A stretch of DNA of 64,000 nt from Gemmatimonadales bacterium (lineage in GTDB: Bacteria > Gemmatimonadota > Gemmatimonadetes > Gemmatimonadales > GWC2-71-9), in assembly GCA_039794085.1 (NCBI GenBank), contig JBDIWC010000003.1:72152-136151 (forward strand). The letters run 5' to 3'. A program made the position numbers and the translations under genes. Position 1 is the first letter of the stretch. Every line of letters starts with the position of its first letter. The notes beneath the pieces are model-generated. The model was not told the origin of the DNA. It ran no database searches and saw only the letters and a list, made by a program, of their open reading frames with translations. Positions 40,389 through 50,387 of the stretch are shown one piece after another.

Positions 40389-42347
40389 ATGTATCTTGCG
40401 GCCATGCACAGAGCGGGGTTTTTGCCGGGGCTTCTCCTCCTCGCGGGCGGCGTGCTCTCCTGTGCGCCTGCGCGACAACCCTCGCGCGCGCTCACGCCGG
40501 TGGCCGAGGGGGGCCTGGGAATTGCTCGAACCGTCCGAGGCGAGGGAGGACTCCCCGCCGTCGATTCGGTCCGGGGGCCGTTTGCTCTCACGGTCGTGTA
40601 TCCCACGCCGGAAGTGACGCTCGACCCCGCCGACTCGACTTTCCTCTACGGAGCCGCGGGCAACGGCCGCGCCACCGTGACCGTGAATGGAGCGGTCGCC
40701 GAGGTCTGGCCTAACGGTGCGTGGATTGCGTGGGCGCTCCCCCGGACCGGACGCCCGGGCGAAGCCGTGTTCGAGGTGGTCGCGGCTCTCGAGGGCGACA
40801 CCGCCCGGGTGACGCATTCAACCCGGGAACAGTTCCGGTACCACCCTCCGCGCGACGGATCGCTCTGGGCCGACACCACATCGATGTGGCCCCGCGGCGA
40901 GGCGGAATGGCCGGGGGGGGAGCCCTTCCTCCTCTCCGTGCGCGCCACCCCGGGCGCCGGAGTGGCCCTCCGCCTGGCCGATGGGACCTCCATCCCCTTC
41001 ATCGAGGGAGTGCGGCTCACTCCGGTCCCCGAGGGGATCCGCAACTTCGACCGGGATCCGGTCCGCCTCCGCCGGGACACCCTCGACGGGATCTATCGCG
41101 CGGAGATCGACAGGGAGCCGCTCGGGGCGGGGGAGGGGCCTCCGATGCTGGTGGTCGCCCGGGGAGGGGACACGCTGGAGATTCCCTGGCCTCTCCGGTT
41201 GGTGCGGGTCGGTCGTCCCTCGCCGGTGGTTCTCGACGACGATCCGCGGGGGGAGGGAGGTCCCGGTGTGGATGGCATCACGCCGGGACGGGCCGTGCCC
41301 GGGGGGACCTATCATTGGTTTTTCCCCGCGGGGACCGTCGTCACGCCGGCCGGCCGGATCAATGGTGACCAGCGGATCCGCCTCGATACCGGACAGATGG
41401 CCTGGGTCTCCGCCCGGGAAACCCGCCCCGATCCGAGGGCCCTCCCGGAGGGTCCCGCGGTGATCGGAACCGTGACCCTGACCCCGGGGCATCCGGCCCG
41501 CGTCCGCATTCCCGTCGGCCGCAGGGTTCCCTTCCGGGTCACCGAGGAGGGAGATCGTCTCACGTTGGTGTTGTACAATGCGGTGGGTGACGTGGACTGG
41601 ATCCGGTATGGCGCCGAAGAACCGGGGGGGAACCTGGTGCGGGAAGTGCGGTGGCGCCAGACGGCGACCGATCGGGCCGTGATCGATTTCCTTCTCGCCG
41701 AGCCGCTCTGGGGGTATCGCATCTCGTGGGATCAGGAGGACCTGATCCTGGAGTTGCGGTCCCCCCCGGCGATCGACCGGAAGCATCCCCTGCGAGGTCG
41801 AGTCATCGTGGTCGACGCCGGCCATCCCCCGGGAGGGAGCACCGGGCCCACCGGACTCACCGAGGCCGATGCCAATCTCTTCATCGCCCGGCGCCTCTCG
41901 ACCATGCTGGAGGCGGAGGGGGCCACGGTCGTCTCCCTTCGACCCACCGAACATCCGGTCGGCCTCGTGGAGCGGGGGCAGAGAGCCGACCAGGTCGGGG
42001 CGGACCTCCTCGTCTCCATCCACAACAATGCCCTGCCCGATGGCGTGCCACCCGGGCCGAACAGCGGAAGCAGCACCTTCTATCACCGGCCTGCGAGCCT
42101 CCCGCTCGCCCGCGCGGTGCAGGCTCAACTCGTCCGCCGGCTCGGCGCGGGCGATCTCGGGGTGGCCCAGGCCGACCTCGCCGTCATCCGGCGCACCGGG
42201 ATGCCGGCCATCATGACCGAGGGCCTCTTCATGATGCTTCCCGAGCATGAGGCGGCACTGCGCACGCCCGAGGTTCAGACCCGGTACGCTGAGGCGGTAC
42301 GGGACGGTTTGATCGCCTTTCTTCGCTCAGTGGCGGGGGACCGGTGA
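40389..42347 (+). CDS. N-acetylmuramoyl-L-alanine amidase (Amidase_3) lipoprotein
   Basis: VLSC lipobox; C-terminal VDAGH, E..AN, VSIHNNA, PAIMTE. Confidence 0.88.
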   Translation: MYLAAMHRAGFLPGLLLLAGGVLSCAPARQPSRALTPVAEGGLGIARTVRGEGGLPAVDSVRGPFALTVVYPTPEVTLDPADSTFLYGAAGNGRATVTVNGAVAEVWPNGAWIAWALPRTGRPGEAVFEVVAALEGDTARVTHSTREQFRYHPPRDGSLWADTTSMWPRGEAEWPGGEPFLLSVRATPGAGVALRLADGTSIPFIEGVRLTPVPEGIRNFDRDPVRLRRDTLDGIYRAEIDREPLGAGEGPPMLVVARGGDTLEIPWPLRLVRVGRPSPVVLDDDPRGEGGPGVDGITPGRAVPGGTYHWFFPAGTVVTPAGRINGDQRIRLDTGQMAWVSARETRPDPRALPEGPAVIGTVTLTPGHPARVRIPVGRRVPFRVTEEGDRLTLVLYNAVGDVDWIRYGAEEPGGNLVREVRWRQTATDRAVIDFLLAEPLWGYRISWDQEDLILELRSPPAIDRKHPLRGRVIVVDAGHPPGGSTGPTGLTEADANLFIARRLSTMLEAEGATVVSLRPTEHPVGLVERGQRADQVGADLLVSIHNNALPDGVPPGPNSGSSTFYHRPASLPLARAVQAQLVRRLGAGDLGVAQADLAVIRRTGMPAIMTEGLFMMLPEHEAALRTPEVQTRYAEAVRDGLIAFLRSVAGDR

Positions 42348-42373
42348 GGTGTGCAGAATCTGCGGGAGCGGTC

Positions 42374-42712
42374 GTCTGTAGTCTGTAGGGGCGACGCATG
42401 CGTCGCCCGGGCGCGGGTCGGCGCGGGACCCACGGAGGCCGTCATCGCGAGGCGGCGACGCCGCCGTGGCGATCTCGTGCGCGGAATGTGGCGCCGGAAG
42501 AGAATGCCCGGCCTTCCTGCCGGAGTCCGTCATCGCGAGGCGGCGACGCCGCCGTGGCGATCTCGTGAGCGGGAGCTGGCTCTGGGAGAGGATGCCCGGC
42601 CTTCATGCCAGGACGGGCAGGAAGGGGTCCGGCAGGAAGGCCGAGGTGGTGTCACGCGTAGTCGGCATGGGTTCACGGGATTGCCACGGGCCCTTCGGGC
42701 CCTCGCAATGAC
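42374..42712. repeat. GTAG-type REP plus GTCATCGCGAG-family doublet
   Basis: GTAGGGGCGACGCATGCGTCGCCC at 42385; GTCATCGCGAG at 42441 and 42529; inverse variant at 42702. Confidence 0.85.
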
Positions 42713-42736
42713 AGCTTTCCCGTATCGGGCCAGTGC

Positions 42737-45112
42737 GTGTCTGGATTCATGATGAAAGCAGGTATGTCTGCGATGCGGTTCCCCGGGATGCCACTCGTCC
42801 GCTCTCGCCTCTTCCCCCTCTCGGGGTGGGGGCGCGGGGCGGCGTGTGCCTCCCTGCTGGTGGCACTGGGGATGGGACCCGCCGCCGGGATCCTTCGAGG
42901 CCAGGAACAGGTCGGAATCGAAGAAGCGGCGCTCCTCCGGTTCCAGGATTCCCTTCGCCGGGTCAACGACACGGTGGATCTCGGGGAACTCGAGAGGCGA
43001 TTGATCCTCCAGGCATCCCGGGCCATCTCCGATCCGGCGCTCCACCTCCGGCTCGGGTTTCTCGCCCTCCGGCTGGGCGAATTGGGCCAGACCGCCCACT
43101 TCAACGATGCGGCGAGCGAATTCCTCTGGACCACCCGTCTCCGTCCCGCCGCTCCCCTCGGCTGGTACGGACTGGGCCTCTCCGAGTTTGCGCTCGGACG
43201 GGTTCAAGCCGAGGCCTCACGCCGGGTTGCCGTCGGGCTGTTGGCGCGGGACGCCGCGGATCGGGCCGTCGTGGCCTTTGCGCGCGCCGCGGAGGTGGAC
43301 CCCGGATTTGCGCATCGGCTCTATGCCCTGGCGGTGCGTTCCGTTCACGAGCGGGAGCCGACCCGGGCCCGGCTCGCCCTGGAGGCGCTGCGGCGCACCG
43401 CGCGGGGAACCACCGCCTCCCTGGATGTGCGCCTCAAGCTCGCCCTGGGCCGAACCGAGCGTGAGTTCGGGGATCTCACACTGGCCTTGCTGGCATTTGA
43501 TCAGGTGGCGGACGATCTCGGTCCCCGGGGGGCGGGGCTTCCACTTCTCGAGGTGGCCCGGACCCGCTTCCTGATGGGGCGTCGTGATGGGGCGGTGCCG
43601 TACTTTGCCGGGGCGCGATCGGACGATTCGGCCACCGTGGCCGAGTATCGGAGCGATCTCGCCCCGATCGCGTCCCCCGCGGAACTCGCGAGGTTCGATG
43701 GAACCCGGGGGGAGGCCCGGGCCACCTTCCTCGCCCGGTTCTGGCGGGAGCGCGACCTGGCGGAGTTCCGGGAGCCGGGCGAGCGTCTGGTGGAGCATTA
43801 CCGGCGACTCTACGAGGCTCGGCGTCGCTTTCCCCTCCGGGTTCCTCCCCGGGTGTGGGACGACCGCACCTGGATCGCCGTCAGCGAGGGGCCCCGGGTG
43901 GACGAACGGGGCGAGATCTTCATACGTCACGGCGAGCCCGACGACCGGGCCACCCTCCAGACCTTGGGGGTCGAGCCCAACGAATCGTGGCGCTACGCCC
44001 GGGGCGGGCAGGATCTCATCCTCCACTTCGTTGCCCGCCAGGATCCCGAGAACTTCCGTCTGGTCGAGAGTGTCTTCGACATCGTGGACGTGCGGAATGG
44101 AGCGACGCTGGCGGCGGGAGGGCCGGCCGGGCGGTCGGGTGATTCCTCCCGCGGTGGGTCGCCGCGCTGGAGCAGAGACGAACTGGTCCGATCCCGGGCC
44201 ATTCTGGGGTCGGTTTATGGAGCGATCTCGGGCGCGGGAGGGTCGGAGGGGCGGGGTGGGGAGGATCTTCAGCTTGCCGAACGGCTGATCGGCCGGAGCA
44301 GCATTGTTCAGGCCCGGGGGACCGATTCCTACCGGCGACGGTTCCAGGCCGACCTCGGCGCGCGGGCGGAGGTTCTGGTGGCTCATGGTGCGGCCCGTGA
44401 TGGGGCCCCGGGAAGCGTTGTGGTCCCGTTTGCCGTTCCTGGCGGCGGGATGGAGCCGGTGCGGGGTTCGGGAGGGTTCGAGTATCCCCTGCGGCTGCGT
44501 CTCCTGCTGAGCGATCTGGACGGCGAGCCGGCTCTGCTGCGGGACACCACGGTGAGTCTCGAGACCCCGCGCCTTCTCCCGCCGAACCGGGTGGTCCGCA
44601 GTGCGGTCCGCCTGCCGGTGCCGGCGGGACGATATGTGGCCCGGCTGCTCCTCGAGCAGGGGGATCAGGCCGGGACCTCCTTTGCACCCACGGTGGTGGA
44701 GGTGAGCCGGGTGAGCCACGACTCCCTCTCCGCCGGCGACGTTCTCCTCCGGTCGCTCACCCGCCGGGGAGGAGAGGTCGCGGTGGGAGCTCCCATCGAC
44801 GACTCCCTCCTGGTCTCCCCGACCGGATCCTATGTCCAGGGGGATCGCCTCGGAGTGTCTCTTTTGCTGGCGGCGGAGCGCCCCTGGACGAGTCTCGAGG
44901 CGCGGCTGGTACTGATCCGCCAGGGAGAGGATGCCCGGGTGGAACTCAATCGCGTCGTCACCGAGTCGGGACTGGCTCGTTCGGCCCGGCTGGATCAGGT
45001 GCTCGACCTGGGCGGGGTCCGGCCCGGGGAGTACTCGCTGGAGCTCACGGTGCGGACTCCGGATGGGCGTCTGGTGCGCCGGTGGCGGGACCTGGTGGTC
45101 TCGGGGCGCTGA
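42737..45112 (+). CDS. GWxTD-domain-like secreted protein with TPR-like N-terminus
   Basis: FW..RD...EHYRR...A...F and DERG.IFIRHGEPD...ESWRY pattern; start uncertain (42737-42788). Confidence 0.72.
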   Translation: MSGFMMKAGMSAMRFPGMPLVRSRLFPLSGWGRGAACASLLVALGMGPAAGILRGQEQVGIEEAALLRFQDSLRRVNDTVDLGELERRLILQASRAISDPALHLRLGFLALRLGELGQTAHFNDAASEFLWTTRLRPAAPLGWYGLGLSEFALGRVQAEASRRVAVGLLARDAADRAVVAFARAAEVDPGFAHRLYALAVRSVHEREPTRARLALEALRRTARGTTASLDVRLKLALGRTEREFGDLTLALLAFDQVADDLGPRGAGLPLLEVARTRFLMGRRDGAVPYFAGARSDDSATVAEYRSDLAPIASPAELARFDGTRGEARATFLARFWRERDLAEFREPGERLVEHYRRLYEARRRFPLRVPPRVWDDRTWIAVSEGPRVDERGEIFIRHGEPDDRATLQTLGVEPNESWRYARGGQDLILHFVARQDPENFRLVESVFDIVDVRNGATLAAGGPAGRSGDSSRGGSPRWSRDELVRSRAILGSVYGAISGAGGSEGRGGEDLQLAERLIGRSSIVQARGTDSYRRRFQADLGARAEVLVAHGAARDGAPGSVVVPFAVPGGGMEPVRGSGGFEYPLRLRLLLSDLDGEPALLRDTTVSLETPRLLPPNRVVRSAVRLPVPAGRYVARLLLEQGDQAGTSFAPTVVEVSRVSHDSLSAGDVLLRSLTRRGGEVAVGAPIDDSLLVSPTGSYVQGDRLGVSLLLAAERPWTSLEARLVLIRQGEDARVELNRVVTESGLARSARLDQVLDLGGVRPGEYSLELTVRTPDGRLVRRWRDLVVSGR

Positions 45113-45176
45113 GCCCGGGAGCAGATTTGTGATGTGAATACCGGTTCGTCGCGCCCTGCCGTCCCTTCGCCCGGGA

Positions 45177-45205
45177 TTGTGCTCCCTCTCCCGATCTCCT
45201 AGCTT
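45177..45205 (+). promoter_or_regulatory. Putative sigma70 promoter upstream of nrdJ
   Basis: TTGTGC-17 bp-TAGCTT. Confidence 0.45.
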
Positions 45206-45244
45206 GACCATCCCAACACAGCTCCCCGCGTGAGGCTGGACGGG

Positions 45245-45268
45245 CACCCTTCGGGGTGGTTTTTTGTT
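45245..45268 (+). terminator. Intrinsic terminator-like hairpin in the nrdJ leader
   Basis: CACCC-TTCG-GGGTG followed by GTTTTTTGTT. Confidence 0.6.
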
Positions 45269-45312
45269 CGCTCTTCCTTCGCTACTTTTGAACAGAACAC
45301 AGAGAGGGATCC

Positions 45313-47841
45313 ATGGCATCTGCCTCCCCGCAGCGGGCGCCGATTTCGCTGTCGCCGAACGCGATGACCGTCCTTGAAAAGCGCTACCTCATCAAGGATG
45401 ATGCGGGGAACCCGGTCGAACGTCCCGAAGATCTCTTCCTGCGCGTGGCCCGGGTGGTGGCGGCCCCCGATCGGCAGTACGGCGCCTCGGACGGGGCGGT
45501 CGACACCCTCGCCGACGCCTTCTATGACGTGATGGCCCGCCGGCTCTTCATGCCGAACTCCCCCACCCTGATGAACGCGGGACGTCCCTTGGGGCAGCTC
45601 TCGGCGTGCTTCGTCCTCCCGGTCGACGATGCGCTGAGCAACGGCGAGAGCGGCATCTATGACACCCTGCGGTCGATGGCCCTGGTGCATCAGTCGGGAG
45701 GGGGCACCGGCTTCAGCTTCTCGGCGCTCCGTCCCCGCAACGACATCGTGCGCTCCACCATGGGGGTGGCCTCGGGGCCGATCTCCTTCATGTCCCTCTT
45801 CGACGCCTCCACCGATGTCGTGAAGCAGGGAGGGACCCGCCGGGGCGCCAACATGGGGATCCTCCGGGTCGACCATCCCGACATCCTGGATTTCATCGCC
45901 TGCAAGGACGATACCTCGCGGATCACCAACTTCAACATCTCGGTGGCCGTCACCGACGCCTTCATGGCCGCGGTCGAGGTGGATGGCCAGTACGATCTTC
46001 TCCATCCCCGCACCCACGAGGTGGTGGGGCAGCTCCGCGCCCGCGAGGTCTGGGAGCGGATCATCCACGGTGCCTGGAAAACCGGGGAGCCGGGGGTGTT
46101 CTTCATCGACCGGGCCAACTACTACAATCCGGTGCCCCACCTCGGGTCGTACGAGGCCACCAACCCGTGCGGAGAGCAACCGCTTCTCCCCTACGACGTC
46201 TGCAACCTCGGGTCGATCAACCTCGGAGCCTTCGTCTCCGCCACCGGCACCGACCTCGACTGGGACCATCTCCGGCAGGTGGTCCACCTGACGACGCACT
46301 TCCTCGAGAACGTGATCGACGCGAATCACTATCCGCTGCCTGCCATCACCGACCTGGCCCAGCGGATCCGGCGCATTGGACTCGGGGTCATGGGGCTCGC
46401 CGACGTCTTCGTCCGGCTCGGTATCCCCTACGACTCGGAGGAGGCCGTCGCCCTGGGACGCAAGATCCAGCGCTTCGTCGACGAGGAGGGGAAGAACGAA
46501 TCCGAACGGCTCGCCGGGATCCGCGGACCCTTCCCCGAATGGGACCGGAGCATCTGGGGGCCCGATGCCACCTGTGCCCGCGATGCCCAGGGCCACCGGA
46601 TCCGCCCCATGCGGCGGCTCCGCAACTGCAACGTGACCACCGTGGCGCCCACCGGCACCATCTCGATCATCGCCGGGTGCAGCTCGGGGATCGAGCCCCT
46701 CTTCGCGGTGGCCTTCATGCGGAACCAGGCCGGCGTGCTGATGCCCGACGTCAATCAGGACTTCGTCGACATCGCCCGGCGCGAGGGGTGGTACTCCGAC
46801 GCCCTCATGCACCGGATCGCCGAGGCGGGACACCTCCAGTTCGACGAGGTGCCCGAGCAGTGGCGCCGGGTGTTCGTCACCGCCAACGCTATCCGACCCG
46901 AGTGGCACATCCGGATGCAGGCCGCCTTCCAGGAATACAACGACTCGGCCATCTCCAAGACCTGCAACTTTGCCCACGAGGCCACCGAGGAGGACGTCGA
47001 GGAGATCTACCGCCTCGCCTACCGCCTGGGGTGCAAGGGAGTCACCGTCTATCGCGACGGGAGCCGCGACATGCAGGTCCTGAGCACCGGATCCACCGCG
47101 AAGAAGGTCCAGGAGCAGGCCACCGGGTCCGGATCCGCCCAGGCCCGGGGCGACCTCGCCGCCATGTCCTCCGCCGCGCCCGACGGCCGCCGGACCGAGA
47201 GTGCCGACCTGCGGGGGGAACTCGCCGAGCTGCGGGCCGAGAACGAGCGCCTCCGCCGCGTGGTGCACGAACTCGAGTCCGAGAATCTCCAGCGTCGCCA
47301 GAAGCGGAGCCGCCCCGAAATGCTCCGGGGCACCACCCGCCGGGTCGACACTCCCCTCGGCACCATGTACGTCACCATCACCGAGGACGACAAGGGGCAG
47401 GCCTTCGAGGTCTTCATGAGTCTCGGCAAGGCGGGCGGAGCCCTCATGGCCGACGTCGAAGCCCTCGGTCGTCTCATCAGCCTCGCCCTCCGGTCCGGGA
47501 TCTCCATGAAGGAGATCCACCGCCAGCTCCGGGGCATCAGCTCCGACCGGGTCATCGGTCTCGGCGCCAGCCGCGTCATGTCCGTCCCCGATGCCGTCGG
47601 CATTGCGCTCGAACGGTGGATGATCGAGAAGCAGGGGATCCAGGAGGAACTCCTCCCCGGCAGCGCCCCGGCCCCCGCCGATTCGATCGTCCGCACCGTG
47701 TCCCGCGGCGGAGAGGAAACCCTCTTCACTCCCCACCAGGCCGAACACCTGCTCGGTGCCTGCCCCGACTGCGGCTCCCAGCTCGAGTTCGCCGAAGGGT
47801 GCATGAAGTGCCACGTCTGCGGCTTCAGCGAGTGCGGATGA
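45313..47841 (+). CDS. nrdJ: Vitamin B12-dependent class II ribonucleotide reductase with TSCPD-like domain and C-terminal Zn ribbon
   Basis: NSPTLMNAG, SACFV, TNPCGEQPL, APTGTIS, CKGVTVYRDGSR, CPDC...C..CGFSECG. Confidence 0.95.
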   Translation: MASASPQRAPISLSPNAMTVLEKRYLIKDDAGNPVERPEDLFLRVARVVAAPDRQYGASDGAVDTLADAFYDVMARRLFMPNSPTLMNAGRPLGQLSACFVLPVDDALSNGESGIYDTLRSMALVHQSGGGTGFSFSALRPRNDIVRSTMGVASGPISFMSLFDASTDVVKQGGTRRGANMGILRVDHPDILDFIACKDDTSRITNFNISVAVTDAFMAAVEVDGQYDLLHPRTHEVVGQLRAREVWERIIHGAWKTGEPGVFFIDRANYYNPVPHLGSYEATNPCGEQPLLPYDVCNLGSINLGAFVSATGTDLDWDHLRQVVHLTTHFLENVIDANHYPLPAITDLAQRIRRIGLGVMGLADVFVRLGIPYDSEEAVALGRKIQRFVDEEGKNESERLAGIRGPFPEWDRSIWGPDATCARDAQGHRIRPMRRLRNCNVTTVAPTGTISIIAGCSSGIEPLFAVAFMRNQAGVLMPDVNQDFVDIARREGWYSDALMHRIAEAGHLQFDEVPEQWRRVFVTANAIRPEWHIRMQAAFQEYNDSAISKTCNFAHEATEEDVEEIYRLAYRLGCKGVTVYRDGSRDMQVLSTGSTAKKVQEQATGSGSAQARGDLAAMSSAAPDGRRTESADLRGELAELRAENERLRRVVHELESENLQRRQKRSRPEMLRGTTRRVDTPLGTMYVTITEDDKGQAFEVFMSLGKAGGALMADVEALGRLISLALRSGISMKEIHRQLRGISSDRVIGLGASRVMSVPDAVGIALERWMIEKQGIQEELLPGSAPAPADSIVRTVSRGGEETLFTPHQAEHLLGACPDCGSQLEFAEGCMKCHVCGFSECG

Positions 47842-47904
47842 GGCACGACAGGCGGTCGGCGGTCGGCGATAGGCGGTAGGGGGGGAGAGGGAGAAGGGAA
47901 TGCG

Positions 47905-48226
47905 GTCATCGCGAGGGCCCGCAGGGTGTGGTCATCGCGAGGGCCCATGCTGTCATCGCGAGGGCCCGCAGGGCCCGTGGCGATCTCGTGAGCCCATGCC
48001 TGCCAGGCGGGACGCAAGGTCGGCCATCCTGCCGGAGTCGGCCATGCCGTCATCGCGAGGGCCCGCAGGGCCCGTGGCGATCTCGTGAGCCCATGCCTGC
48101 CAGGCGGGACGCAAGGTCGGCCATCCTGCCGGAGTCGGCCATGCTGTCATCGCGAGGGCCCGGAGGGCCCGTGGCGATCTCGTAAGCCGATGCCGGGGTC
48201 CCGAGACACCGGGTTGGCCTTCATGC
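47905..48226. repeat. Tandem REP-like array left of the GIY-YIG gene
   Basis: GTCATCGCGAG at 47905, 47931, 47952, 48049, 48146; 97-bp period with identical linkers for the last three. Confidence 0.93.
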
Positions 48227-48551
48227 CACACTCACCAGCGTCTTCCAGTGGGTTATGCAACAGCCTCCCGCCAAGATCAGCCCAGGTGGGATTCGTCTCT
48301 TCGATCAAGGCGACCTTCTTCGACCGGCGACCGGCCTTGATCTGCTTTTCGCGAGCAATCGCACCCGCAGCGCTTTCCGATGTTTCGTAGTAGACGAGCT
48401 TCCAAACTCGGTATCGCTTTGCGAAGGAACCGCCGTAAGTACCGAGCCGGTGCTGGAGGAGGCGACGGCAGAGATCGGATGTCATGCCGGTGTAGAGAAC
48501 GGAGTTTCTCGTGTTCGCGAGGATGTACACGAAGTAGGGACGTGAGCGCAT
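48147..48551 (-). CDS. Stand-alone GIY-YIG nuclease (YhbQ/UPF0213-like)
   Basis: YFVYIL...LYTGMTSDL.RR..QH, LVYYE, AIAREKQIK, NPTW.DL. Confidence 0.92.
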   Translation of the reverse strand: MRSRPYFVYILANTRNSVLYTGMTSDLCRRLLQHRLGTYGGSFAKRYRVWKLVYYETSESAAGAIAREKQIKAGRRSKKVALIEETNPTWADLGGRLLHNPLEDAGECGMKANPVSRDPGIGLRDRHGPSGPSR

Positions 48552-48630
48552 TCCGGAGTCTACTGCGCATCGGGATCTGACTCATGGCCCATTGAACGCG
48601 GGAAGGGGCACAAGTAACGCCGCACCAGCG

Positions 48631-49090
48631 GTCATCGCGAGGGCCCATGCTGTCATCGCGAGGGCCCATGCTGTCATCGCGAGGGCCCGCAGGGCCCGTG
48701 GCGATCCCGTGAGCCCATGCCCGCCGGGCGCGACGCAGCGTTGGCCATCCCGCCGAAACCCCACCTGTCCGGGCTCTGGTGTGAAGGCCGGCCATCCGGC
48801 TCCCGAAGCCGACTTCCGCTCACGAGATCGCCACGTCGGCTTCGCCTCCTCGCGATGACGACCTCCGCGAGGGCCCGCAGGGCCCGTGGCGATCCCGTGA
48901 GCCCATGCCCGCCGGGCGCGACGCAGCGTTGGCCATCCCGCCGAAACCCCACCTGTCCGGGCTCTGGTGTGAAGGCCGGCCATCCGGCTCCCGAAGCCGA
49001 CTTCCGCCCACGAGATCGCCACGTCGGGCTTGTTGCGAAGGCCCGAAGGGCCTGTGGCAATCGCCTCCTCGCGATGACGACCTCCGCGGG
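48631..49090. repeat. REP-like array right of the GIY-YIG gene (21-bp units plus two inverted doublets)
   Basis: GTCATCGCGAG at 48631, 48652, 48673; inverse copies at 48849 and 49068; a unit of about 190 bp is duplicated. Confidence 0.93.
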
Positions 49091-49210
49091 GTCCCGCGCC
49101 TCCTTGCCTTGACGGCTCGCGCCCCTACCGTGAAACGAGCCCCCGGCCCATATTCCCCGGTCATCCCGTACCGTCTCCACCCTGACACGCCACCCGGCCG
49201 AGGAATTCGC

Positions 49211-49471
49211 ATGCCGAACGAAGAGCTGAAACCGATCTCTCCCGAACGCGTGGCCGAGGAACTCCGCCGGATCTGTGGTTCGTTCCGGAGGGGCGAGATC
49301 AAGGCGGATGAATACGAGCATCGGTTTGCCCGCATGATCGGTGAACTGCGGGACCGCCGGATCGACGGCACTCGCGCCGAGATTCTCGCCGTCCTCTCCC
49401 CGTTGCAGCTCGAGGGCGTCGTGTCCCCCACCGAGTGGTTGCGCCTCACCAAGCAACTCGGCCTTGCCTGA
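49211..49471 (+). CDS. Hypothetical helical protein (86 aa)
   Basis: GAGGA RBS then ATG 49211; overlaps the AKR start. Confidence 0.6.
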   Translation: MPNEELKPISPERVAEELRRICGSFRRGEIKADEYEHRFARMIGELRDRRIDGTRAEILAVLSPLQLEGVVSPTEWLRLTKQLGLA

Positions 49472-50384
49472 GGCGCCCGCCGACGGCCTGACCCCCCGGC
49501 CGGCCCGTCCCGCCACCCGGGCCCTGGGCCCCGGCGGGCCGGAGGTGTCCGTCCTCGGCCTCGGAGGCATGCCCCTCTCCATCGCGGGGCGCCCGGACGA
49601 GGCCCAGGCGATCGCCGTGATCCACGCCAGCCTCGACGCCGGCGTCTCCCTGATCGACACCGCCGACGTCTACTGCCTCGACCACACCGACATCGGGCAC
49701 AACGAGCGGCTCGTGGCCAAGGCCCTCCGCACCTGGCGCGGCTCTCCGGAGGACGTCGTGGTGGCCACCAAGGGGGGACTGGAACGTCCGGGAGGGCAGT
49801 GGACCCGCAATGGCCGGCCGGAGCACCTGCGCCGCGCGTGCGAGAGGTCACTCAAGGCGCTGGGGGTGGATCACATCGATCTCTACCAACTCCACGCCCC
49901 CGATCCCGACGTTCCCTTCGAAGAGTCGGTCGGGGCGATCGCCGACCTGGTCCGGGAAGGAAAGGTCCGCTGGGCCGGGCTCAGCAACGTGTCGGTGGAG
50001 CAGTTGCGCCAGGCCCGGGCCATGGTTCCCGTTCTGACCGTACAGAACCGGCTCAATCCCTTCTTCCGCGAGGCGATCGACGAGGGAGTGGTGGACGAGT
50101 GCGCCCGTCAGGGAATCGGTTTCCTGGCGTACAGTCCGGTCGGCGGCGGGCGTCTCCAGAAAAAGCTCCCCGATCACCCGGTTGTGGCGCGGATCGCCCG
50201 CGAGGTGGGGGCGTCCCCTCACGCCGTGGTGACGGCCTGGGTGCTCGCCCGGGGGCCCACGGTGTTCGCCATTCCGGGGGCCCGGACCATCCCTCACGCC
50301 CTGGATGCAGTGGCCGCCGCGAATCTCAATCTGAGTCGGGAACAGCGGGCGGCGATCTCGGAGGCGGAGTTCCCTGTCACGTAG
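49464..50384 (+). CDS. Aldo/keto reductase
   Basis: LGLGGM, IDTADVY, ATKGG, IDLYQLH, GLSN, AYSP, IPG; TTG start inferred. Confidence 0.92.
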   Translation: MPEAPADGLTPRPARPATRALGPGGPEVSVLGLGGMPLSIAGRPDEAQAIAVIHASLDAGVSLIDTADVYCLDHTDIGHNERLVAKALRTWRGSPEDVVVATKGGLERPGGQWTRNGRPEHLRRACERSLKALGVDHIDLYQLHAPDPDVPFEESVGAIADLVREGKVRWAGLSNVSVEQLRQARAMVPVLTVQNRLNPFFREAIDEGVVDECARQGIGFLAYSPVGGGRLQKKLPDHPVVARIAREVGASPHAVVTAWVLARGPTVFAIPGARTIPHALDAVAAANLNLSREQRAAISEAEFPVT

Positions 50385-50387
50385 GCT

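Noticed and set aside
45113..45312. Cobalamin riboswitch upstream of nrdJ
   Set aside because: No B12-box or other conserved core elements recognised.
45199..47814. 871-aa minus-strand ORF
   Set aside because: Antisense shadow of nrdJ, typical of high-GC DNA; no recognisable motifs.
47905..49090. CRISPR or guide-RNA array next to a nuclease
   Set aside because: Linkers between repeats are identical or homologous rather than unique spacers, copies occur in both orientations across the window, and no cas genes are present.
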